DNA of 53,743 nucleotides from Patescibacteria group bacterium (GTDB lineage Bacteria; Patescibacteriota; Saccharimonadia; Saccharimonadales; Saccharimonadaceae): NCBI GenBank assembly GCA_035494435.1, contig DATJGX010000028.1, positions 1 to 53,743 of the forward strand, read 5' to 3'. Shown piece by piece: positions 37,928 to 45,129 of this stretch (position 1 is its first letter; each line of letters starts with the position of its first letter). The notes under the pieces were generated by a model. It saw only the letters and a program-made list of their open reading frames with translations, ran no database searches and was not told where the DNA came from. The position numbers and the translations under genes were made by a program.

Positions 37928-38639
37928 TCTTACGACATTTCATGGCGCAGACGGCTGCGGTAAGTCGACGATTGCCGCCGAGCTCGCCTTGCTAGAGGGT
38001 GAACATGGCGAAACGGTCAGTCTTGGCGGCAGCAGCTACAAAGAATGGCTGACCCCTCAAATCGCGAAAGAGACGCTCGGTGACGATGAGATATTTCGGA
38101 CCGAGGCCCGCACACCTGCGCAAAAAACTCGTCTATACGAAGCGATAGCGGCTGCGTGCTACGGCTATGCGCATTACCTGAATGAAAGCGGCGTATCTGT
38201 GGTCATCGATTCCGACCCGGTTATCAAGCGGATTGTGTGGACCGATTTGGAGCTCGAAGATGTCGAGGAAAAAGATCGTTACGCGAGGCGCTTCGGCTCA
38301 TACCTGCTCGATCATCTTCCTGCCTCATTTATGATGGGAACGGTGGTTGGTGTGAATTTTGACAGTGCCGTCAGCGACCACGATATTCACGATCGTCTTA
38401 CGCAACGTGGCGGTAATAGTGAATACGATCCGCAGGGTGTAGCTGAAGTACGAAAAATTCGTGAATCATCCGCGTGGGTATGGGCAGAGCTACAAAGAGC
38501 ATCGACGCAGACAAGTACGGTCGATGTGTTTAATGCGCTCTACGCGACAAGCGATTTTGTCGCGATCGAGAACCCGAATTGCAGCGACGAGCTGATCAGG
38601 GTTCAGGCGCGAATGCAGGCAGAACGCATCGCAGGATAG
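37920..38639 (+). CDS. P-loop NTPase, thymidylate/deoxynucleoside-kinase-like
   Basis: 239 aa with Walker A FHGADGCGKST. It overlaps the CYTH gene by 8 nt. Confidence 0.6.
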   Translation: MPNLTTFHGADGCGKSTIAAELALLEGEHGETVSLGGSSYKEWLTPQIAKETLGDDEIFRTEARTPAQKTRLYEAIAAACYGYAHYLNESGVSVVIDSDPVIKRIVWTDLELEDVEEKDRYARRFGSYLLDHLPASFMMGTVVGVNFDSAVSDHDIHDRLTQRGGNSEYDPQGVAEVRKIRESSAWVWAELQRASTQTSTVDVFNALYATSDFVAIENPNCSDELIRVQARMQAERIAG

Positions 38640-38665
38640 GCTGTTCTCGCGTACAATATACTAGT

Positions 38666-39964
38666 ATGACAAAACCACGACGATCGTTTACGTTACCGCT
38701 TGCTGCAATTGTTGGCGGTGGCCAAGCACTCGGCACGCTTGACGATGGTCGAAAAGTATTCGTCTGGGGTGGATTACCGGACGAAGAGGTCACCGCACAG
38801 GAAACGAAGCGCAAGTCGAACTTTAGCGAAGCGATTGTTACCGACGTATTGAGTGCTTCTGCGGATCGTATCGAGCCGGTCGACCCAGAGAGCTATTTAT
38901 CGACGAGCCCGTGGCAAATCATGAACTTCGAAGCCGAGCAACGCTACAAAGCCGCGCTTATTCTCGAGGCATTCACGCTACACGACGTACAGCTACCAAA
39001 TGTCATCGATGTATATACCGACGAGCAGACGACCCACTATCGCAATAAAGTCGAGTTCAGTTGGTATAGCGACAGCAATGAAAGTGGTGAAGAGACACTC
39101 AGGTTGGCATTTTTCAGACGCGGCTCAAAAGGCAAGATTCCGATTGACCAATTTTCTCTTATTCCCGACTCTATGTACGCCCTCGCCGACAGTATCCGAC
39201 TCGCTCTTGAGCAAAAAGGCGTAACTGCCAGGCAACTTAAAACACTTCTGATTCGTTGCGACCAAACCGGTCGATGCGCCTGGCAACTCTATGTCAAAGA
39301 TCGTGATTTCAGGGCATTTTCTGAAGCCGATGCGGCAGGATTCGACGCACAGGGCGGAGAAGTAATTTATAGCGATCCTCGCAGCCCCGCCAGCCGTATC
39401 ACCGAGCGTCTGCTTGCTGTCGGCAACGTTGTCCTGACAGACACTATACTGAACGTACCGTTTTCGTATGCGACCGAAGGTTTTTTCCAGGTAAATCTAC
39501 CGGTCTATGAGCAGGCGCTCGAAGACATGCGCACCTGGGTGCCGTCAGGAAAAACAGTCGATTTATATAGCGGTGTCGGCTCGATCGGCCTGACGATTGG
39601 TGGCGATGAATGTACGCTCGTCGAAGTCGATGAACATGCCGTACGCGAAATGAAACGCAATATCACTTCGCTGGGTAGCCGAGCGCAAGCCGTACTTGCA
39701 CCCGCGGAAAAATCACTCGAATATATCGATCCCGATGCGACAATTATCGTCGACCCTCCGCGTGCCGGCCTTCACGCAGATGTCGTAGCGCGGCTACGCG
39801 AGGTTATGCCGGCTCGTATTATTTATCTAAGTTGTAATCCAGTAACGCAAGCCCGCGACGTGGGCTTACTGCAAGACATCTATCGCATCGTGCATCATAA
39901 AGGCTATAACTTTTTTCCACGTACACCACATATCGAGCACCTGGTCGTGCTTGAAAAACATTAG
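38666..39964 (+). CDS. RlmD/TrmA-family RNA (uracil-C5)-methyltransferase
   Basis: Motifs present are FFQVN, DLYSGVGSIG, DPPRAGL and YLSCNP. ATG at 38666 lies 8 nt after TACAAT. Confidence 0.85.
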   Translation: MTKPRRSFTLPLAAIVGGGQALGTLDDGRKVFVWGGLPDEEVTAQETKRKSNFSEAIVTDVLSASADRIEPVDPESYLSTSPWQIMNFEAEQRYKAALILEAFTLHDVQLPNVIDVYTDEQTTHYRNKVEFSWYSDSNESGEETLRLAFFRRGSKGKIPIDQFSLIPDSMYALADSIRLALEQKGVTARQLKTLLIRCDQTGRCAWQLYVKDRDFRAFSEADAAGFDAQGGEVIYSDPRSPASRITERLLAVGNVVLTDTILNVPFSYATEGFFQVNLPVYEQALEDMRTWVPSGKTVDLYSGVGSIGLTIGGDECTLVEVDEHAVREMKRNITSLGSRAQAVLAPAEKSLEYIDPDATIIVDPPRAGLHADVVARLREVMPARIIYLSCNPVTQARDVGLLQDIYRIVHHKGYNFFPRTPHIEHLVVLEKH

Positions 39965-40467
39965 CTTGTCTTAATACGACGGTACGCAAACTTGGCTGCC
40001 GGGCGCCAACTCGTCCGCGCATCTGGGTCGAACTGATATATCGTTCCATCACGTACTTCGGCAATCAGTATCAACGCCGGGTTGTATGGTGCGAGCGTAC
40101 GGTAATATGCCAAATCCTCATCAGACGCAGGTCGGCGGCCAGGGAAGACGGCACGGAATTGCTCCTCGGCAAGCTCGTCGAAGTATTTCGGCCTACCTTT
40201 TGGCGGTAGGCATAGTTCGATCTTGAAACCCATCCGGGTAGCCAGTTTTCGCACGTCGCCAAGTGTCAACTTGGTAGCACCATGCATATAGCAGAGCAGC
40301 TGCTTCTTTTTCGTCAAATACACTGTGGCTTTGACGGAGCGGGCAATATCGGCCTCATCGACAATCACCGTATCGACATCGACAATGAAGCCGAATTTAT
40401 CTTTGGCGGCCTGCTCAAGCGCGATGGCGTCGATCGTATGCTTATCCATTTGTACATATAGTAGCAT
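39961..40467 (-). CDS. Hypothetical protein
   Basis: 168-aa ORF with an alternative ATG at 40449. Its stop overlaps the RlmD-like stop. No family recognised. Confidence 0.5.
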   Translation of the reverse strand: MLLYVQMDKHTIDAIALEQAAKDKFGFIVDVDTVIVDEADIARSVKATVYLTKKKQLLCYMHGATKLTLGDVRKLATRMGFKIELCLPPKGRPKYFDELAEEQFRAVFPGRRPASDEDLAYYRTLAPYNPALILIAEVRDGTIYQFDPDARTSWRPAAKFAYRRIKTS

Positions 40468-40485
40468 ACGTTGACGACGTTAGCA

Positions 40486-40514
40486 TTGACAAATATATAA
40501 CAAATCGGTATAAT
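40486..40514 (+). promoter_or_regulatory. Perfect consensus sigma70 promoter TTGACA-17-TATAAT
   Basis: TTGACA lies at 40486-40491 and TATAAT at 40509-40514, separated by a 17-nt spacer. Confidence 0.65.
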
Positions 40515-40520
40515 CTCGAA

Positions 40521-40904
40521 ATCGTTTCGACCTAGAGCGACTCATGCCAGTATGTGAGCTAAATCACGGACACCATACGAACTGATTGTATATACTGCAC
40601 GCATCGTCGCCCGAACACTGCAGAGGTGTGGTTGGACGATGGTATCGTCGACGGCCATGGACCGTCGATAGGAGTGCGTGGCGCAGGGACCCCATGCACT
40701 CACGGGGTCGGCCATGCCGATACCCACCTCGACTCGGGCGCCTAGCCTGCATCGCATCCCGATCGGGACGAGTCGAGCACGTAGATCGCGCATACGCGCC
40801 CGCGAATGCCGCAGCGAGATCTACGTACCCCTCGGTGGTCCGGATTGCGTCCACGAGCGCACCGGACCACCGAGGCGGTGAACCACTTCGGTGGTCTTTT
40901 TTTT
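40521..40904 (+). ncRNA. Candidate ~385-nt structured RNA (stand-alone sRNA or cis-regulatory leader), class unknown
   Basis: It is bounded by a consensus promoter and an intrinsic terminator and has no credible ORF. It is G+C-rich from about 40590. At least six stems of 6-14 bp can be drawn by hand. Confidence 0.5.
40865..40904 (+). terminator. Intrinsic terminator with a competing upstream antiterminator helix
   Basis: The terminator stem pairs gaccaccga (40865-73) with tcggtggtc (40888-96) and is followed by T8. The same 5' arm can instead pair with 40830-43 in a 14-bp helix. Confidence 0.75.
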
Positions 40905-40927
40905 GTGCCTGAGTATAATAGAGGTAG

Positions 40928-43900
40928 ATGCAGTTTTCCGACCGATACCGAAACCTCAATGAACGTCAGCGTCTTGCCGTAGATACACTCGACGGTCCGT
41001 TGCTCGTATTGGCGGGGCCGGGAACTGGTAAAACCGAGCTACTCAGTATGCGTGCGGCAAATATTCTTCAAAAGACTGACACGCCGCCGTCAAGTATCTT
41101 ATGTTTGACGTTTACCGATAGCGGCGCCGTCGCCATGCGCGAACGACTCGCGCAGATTATTGGCCCAGAAGCATATAAGGTCGCAATTCACACCTTTCAC
41201 AGTTTCGGTACGGAAATTATCAACCAACACGCCGAATATTTCTTCCGCGGTGCGCAGTACGAACCGGCAGACTCACTGGCGCAATATGAAATCATGCGCG
41301 GCATATTCGATGAACTCGACTACACCAATCCGCTCGCTAGCATGAATGGCGATGAATACATTTACCTGCGCGATGCGACGACGGTTATTTCAGAACTCAA
41401 ACGCAGCGGTTTGACCAGCGACGAGCTGCGCCAAGTGCTTGACGAGAACGACGCCGTCATCGATTTTGTCGAACGTGATTTATCGGAGATTTTCAGCAAT
41501 CGTATTAGTAAGACGGCCGTGCACCTGCTAGCACCCGTCGCCGAAAAGGTCGCCGCGCTCGATCAGCCGACACTACCGCCAGCCGTAACGCCATACGCCA
41601 ACACGCTCGCTTTGTCGCTAGCACATGCCATCGATCAAGCGATAGAAGCCGACAGCACGAAGCCGATCACCGCCTGGAAAAATGCGTGGACTGAAAAAAA
41701 TGCAAAAGGCCAAGTCGTTCTTAAAGACCGGGCTCGCCAAGAAAAACTCCGCGCGCTTGCGCATGTGTACTATGAATACATCACGCGTATGCAAACGGCA
41801 AATTTGTTTGATTACGACGACATGATTCTCGAAGTGATTCATACCATGGAAATGCGGCCCGAGCTGCAAGCGAACCTGCAAGAAAAATACCTCTACATTA
41901 TGGTCGACGAGTTCCAGGACACCAACTTGGCGCAGCTACGTCTCCTGTTCGATCTGACAAATGGTATCGAGCAGCCAAATGTCATGGCCGTCGGCGACGA
42001 CGATCAGGCTATCTATAGTTTTCAGGGTGCCGATATTGGCAATATTCAACGCTTTCGTACTGAATACGATGACCCCGTACGCATTGTGCTTACCGACAAC
42101 TACCGTTCAGCCCCGGTTATCCTAGAGTCGTCGCGTGCCGTCATTACACTTGGTTCGGATCGCCTAGAAAACACAATCGATGACTTGGTCAAGGAACTGA
42201 CGCCTCATGTCGATAGCGAACAGGCAAGCGTAGAATTACATAGCTTTTCGTCGAGCGACGAAGAGCGTCTGGGTGTGGCTGAGGCTATAAAAGCCACCAT
42301 CGACAACGGCGCAAAAGCAAACTCGATAGCTGTGATTGCGCGTCGACACCATGAACTGGTCGCATTGTTGCCGTATTTGAGTCACGTCGGCGTTCAGGTC
42401 AATTATGAACGACGTGAAAACGTTCTTGAAGACGAAACGATCCGACTACTTGAGCATATTTTCATGATTATTGATGCCTTACACCGCGATGCTCACGACG
42501 AGGCTGACGCACTGCTGCCTGAAATCTTGGCTCACCCTGCGTGGGGGTACGAGCCGCACGATATTTATAAACTCAGCCTCGCAGCATACCGTAATCATCA
42601 GCTGTGGCTAGAAGTCATGCAGACTCAGCCAATCTTTAAGCCGTTTGCCGACTGGCTGATTGTGCGTTCTGCTGCAATCCATGTTGAGCCACTCGAAGTA
42701 CAAATCGACACCGTTCTTGGCATCGACAGTGATAACGACGATACCGATGGCTTCACGTCGCCGCTGTATGCCTACTTCTTTTCTCGTGAGAAATTAACCA
42801 CGGCACCCGATGCGTATCTAGCGACGCTTGAAGCGCTACGCACCATCCGCGACCAACTGCGTGAACACTACGGACACGAAGTTCCGAGCGTACAGACACT
42901 GCTAGAGTTTTTCTCGATGCACCGTGAACTGGGCTCGTCAATCACCGCCATCAGGCGACGCGGCGATGGCGCAGACGACCGTATTCAGCTGATGACAGCA
43001 CATAAATCGAAGGGACTTGAGTTCGAGCATGTCTTCGTGCTCGGCGCAGTCGACAATATGTGGGGTGAACGCGTTCGTAGTCGAAGTAGACTTATAAATT
43101 ATCCGGCAAACCTACCACTTGCGCCAAGCGGTGACAGTTTCGATGAGCGCCTGAGGTTATTCTTCGTCGCGATGACGCGCGCAAAACGAACGCTCTCTAT
43201 TAGCTTTAGCGCACAAGACAACGCAGACAAGCCGACGCTTGTCGCAAGCTTCTTGTCTGACACTGAAATACCGACGATGAACCATGAACCCACCAGCGAT
43301 ATCGTGACTCTGACGGCGCGCGCCGAGCTTGACTGGCGCGGTCACTTGGCGCGGTCGGTCGATACAGAGCTTCGCGACTTGCTTATGCCGACGCTCGAGA
43401 GCTATAAATTGTCTGCGACACATGTCGGTAACTTCCTCGATGTGAGCAAAGGCGGCCCAGACCATTTCTTGCTCAATAATCTGCTTCGGTTTCCTCAGGC
43501 AAAATCCGCGCATGCCAGTTACGGCACAGCAATTCATGCCACGCTGCAGCGAGCCCATGATTTCTACCATGCTATGGGAGAAAAACGACCGATTGAAGAC
43601 GTACTGGGCGATTATGAACGAATTTTACGCGATCAACACCTCAGCGAACCTGATTTTGAAACATTTTACGCACGTGGCATCGATAGTCTTGGTGCGTATT
43701 TCGCACAAAAATACGATAGCTTCACACCGACTCAGCGCACCGAAATAGGCTTCGGCATGCAAGGCGTCGTCGTCGAAGACGCCTTGCTTACCGGCGCGCT
43801 CGACCTTGTCGATCTTGATGCGAAAGAGAAAACGATTCGCGTGACTGATTACAAAACCGGCAAACCCAGCCGTGACTGGAAGGGTAAAAGCGAATACGAA

Positions 43901-44206
43901 AAGATCAAATTGCATAAATACCGTCAACAGCTCATGTTTTATCAGCTGCTTATCGAAAACTCACGAGATTATCATACCTACCGGTTCACTGGCGGAACCT
44001 TGCAGTTTGTCGAACCATTACCAAGCGGCGAAATCGTCGAGCTTGAAGAACAGTTCAGCCAAGATGATATAGACCGTTTCCGCCTGCTGATAAAAGCGAT
44101 CTGGCAACGTATCATGAACCTCGACTTACCAGATACGAGCGAGTATAGCCCAACTCTCAAAGGCATTCAAGAATTTGAGTCTTGGCTTATTGACAACTTA
44201 GAATAA
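40928..44206 (+). CDS. UvrD/PcrA-type superfamily 1 helicase fused to a C-terminal PD-(D/E)XK (RecB-like) nuclease domain
   Basis: 1092 aa with the helicase motifs GPGTGKT, VDEFQDTN, VGDDDQAIYSFQGA, NYRS, AHKSKGLEF and VAMTRAK. The C-terminus carries DLVDL...VTDYKTGK...YRQQLMFY. Confidence 0.9.
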   Translation: MQFSDRYRNLNERQRLAVDTLDGPLLVLAGPGTGKTELLSMRAANILQKTDTPPSSILCLTFTDSGAVAMRERLAQIIGPEAYKVAIHTFHSFGTEIINQHAEYFFRGAQYEPADSLAQYEIMRGIFDELDYTNPLASMNGDEYIYLRDATTVISELKRSGLTSDELRQVLDENDAVIDFVERDLSEIFSNRISKTAVHLLAPVAEKVAALDQPTLPPAVTPYANTLALSLAHAIDQAIEADSTKPITAWKNAWTEKNAKGQVVLKDRARQEKLRALAHVYYEYITRMQTANLFDYDDMILEVIHTMEMRPELQANLQEKYLYIMVDEFQDTNLAQLRLLFDLTNGIEQPNVMAVGDDDQAIYSFQGADIGNIQRFRTEYDDPVRIVLTDNYRSAPVILESSRAVITLGSDRLENTIDDLVKELTPHVDSEQASVELHSFSSSDEERLGVAEAIKATIDNGAKANSIAVIARRHHELVALLPYLSHVGVQVNYERRENVLEDETIRLLEHIFMIIDALHRDAHDEADALLPEILAHPAWGYEPHDIYKLSLAAYRNHQLWLEVMQTQPIFKPFADWLIVRSAAIHVEPLEVQIDTVLGIDSDNDDTDGFTSPLYAYFFSREKLTTAPDAYLATLEALRTIRDQLREHYGHEVPSVQTLLEFFSMHRELGSSITAIRRRGDGADDRIQLMTAHKSKGLEFEHVFVLGAVDNMWGERVRSRSRLINYPANLPLAPSGDSFDERLRLFFVAMTRAKRTLSISFSAQDNADKPTLVASFLSDTEIPTMNHEPTSDIVTLTARAELDWRGHLARSVDTELRDLLMPTLESYKLSATHVGNFLDVSKGGPDHFLLNNLLRFPQAKSAHASYGTAIHATLQRAHDFYHAMGEKRPIEDVLGDYERILRDQHLSEPDFETFYARGIDSLGAYFAQKYDSFTPTQRTEIGFGMQGVVVEDALLTGALDLVDLDAKEKTIRVTDYKTGKPSRDWKGKSEYEKIKLHKYRQQLMFYQLLIENSRDYHTYRFTGGTLQFVEPLPSGEIVELEEQFSQDDIDRFRLLIKAIWQRIMNLDLPDTSEYSPTLKGIQEFESWLIDNLE

Positions 44207-44317
44207 AGTTGATACAATAATACGGCTCTCGAGTGCAATCGACTATAGAACGTCGACATGGTGCTCTCGATGGAGCACCTTGATAGTTTGTGCTAGAGAA
44301 TCCCCCAGGGAGTCAGC

Positions 44318-44482
44318 ATGCCCACCAAGCAGCAGATCGAGGACGCCGCCAAGAAGACGCCGGCGAACCGCACGGTCGCGGAGCAGAAGATGGTCGACGA
44401 CGCCTCGCGCGTCGGCAACCAGGCCGCACGCAACCTCGACCACGCCGCCCGCGAGACGCAGCGCGTCCGCGGTCGTCGCTGA
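44318..44482 (+). CDS. 54-aa hypothetical protein in a G+C-rich patch
   Basis: Sequence MPTKQQIEDAAKKTPANRTVAEQKMVDDASRVGNQAARNLDHAARETQRVRGRR. AGGGAG sits 5 nt upstream. Almost every third codon position is G or C in this frame only. Confidence 0.5.
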   Translation: MPTKQQIEDAAKKTPANRTVAEQKMVDDASRVGNQAARNLDHAARETQRVRGRR

Positions 44483-44541
44483 ACAACCACGCAGTACCCG
44501 CCGTGCCCGGCGGCTCACGTCAGTGAGAAAAAGGGCACAAC

Positions 44542-44645
44542 GGGCTAGTGGTGTAATTGGTGCAAGCTCACGCAAGATCAGGAACCTCGGACATGTTCCG
44601 AACCATTGATCGTGAGAGGTGCAGGTTCAAATCCTGTATAGCCCG
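44542..44645 (+). other. tRNA-like element with a canonical T-arm but a ~31-nt expanded anticodon arm and no encoded CCA
   Basis: The acceptor pairs gggcta with tagccc. G18G19 (aattgg) sit in the D-loop. The T-arm is gcagg-ttcaaat-cctgt and the variable loop has 5 nt. The anticodon arm is tcacg...cgtga enclosing 38 nt. Confidence 0.35.
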
Positions 44646-45080
44646 ACTGGGATATATCCCTACATCCTCACGAGCGGACCACCCTCGTGAGTACTTGCGG
44701 CCTGGCTTCGGCCACGTCCCAGAGTGCGCATCCACCCCCAGTGTGCCGCGCTCCCCTCGGTGTTGTCCATTCCCATTCACCCCCCTGCTTGGGTCTGGAC
44801 CGGAGGTTGTCGCGCCTTCGAAAGCCGAGGGTCCCACCCTCTTTTAGCACAACAGTCATAACGAGATGATATTGATGGAGCGTCCTGGGTGACGCAGCCG
44901 CTGACAACGACGTCAGCCGCGCGAACCCTAGCGTGTGTGGAATCCAGCATATTGTCTCTCCTGAAGGATGAGGATCCCATCGATGTGGATCCTTCTCACT
45001 TATCTGAGCCTGCCCGGGCACAGTGGGGAAGTGAGAAGTGACTCGTCAGCGTAACTTCGTGTTACCTCGAGCCTCATCGC
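44646..45080 (+). ncRNA. Candidate long structured non-coding segment downstream of the tRNA-like element, class unknown
   Basis: The ORFs on both strands look spurious. It contains multiple 7-9 bp stems and C-rich tracts, and it shares the orientation of the flanking ORF and terminator. Confidence 0.3.
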
Positions 45081-45112
45081 AGCCCGCGCACAGTCGCGGG
45101 CTTTTCCTTTTT
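45081..45112 (+). terminator. Intrinsic terminator
   Basis: Sequence agcccgcg-cacagt-cgcgggct followed by tttccttttt. Confidence 0.7.
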
Positions 45113-45129
45113 ATGAGATAATAGTATCT

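Noticed and set aside
40544-40585. The 13-codon His-containing mini-ORF (MPVCELNHGHHTN), considered as a his-type attenuation leader peptide
   Set aside because: It has only three His codons, which are not consecutive. The RBS is weak, and the downstream gene is a helicase rather than an amino-acid biosynthesis gene. It is kept only as a note inside the RNA finding.
40521-40904. Identification of the structured region as tmRNA, RNase P RNA, SRP RNA or a T-box leader
   Set aside because: - tmRNA: a tttcgac string near the 5' end and a ggtggtccgg string resemble tmRNA 5' and T-box fragments. There is no GGGG acceptor start and no T-arm or acceptor 3' end.
- RNase P: there is no GGAAAGTCCGGGC-type P4 sequence.
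- SRP: there is no GGAAGCAGCC SRP motif.
- T-box: there are no specifier or AGAGA features.

This needs a covariance-model search that I cannot run.
40542-40959. ORFs 40586-40912 (+), 40678-40881 (+), 40564-40959 (-) and 40542-40793 (-) inside the G+C-rich intergenic region
   Set aside because: All are Arg/Pro/Gly-rich and have no RBS. They overlap one another in a stem-rich region, which is typical of spurious frames in high-GC structured DNA. The region is treated as RNA rather than protein.
44243-44609. Antisense and alternative-frame ORFs over the 54-aa gene (44243-44575 minus, 44280-44609 plus, 44290-44526 plus, 44293-44490 minus)
   Set aside because: Only the 44318-44482 frame has an RBS and near-uniform G/C at codon position 3. 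The others are the expected shadow frames of a high-GC gene.
44557-45021. ORFs 44557-44847 (+), 44568-44837 (-), 44668-45021 (-), 44687-44869 (+) and 44777-44980 (-)
   Set aside because: They are mutually overlapping low-complexity frames with no RBS and no third-position bias that I could see. Several run across the tRNA-like element and the stems.
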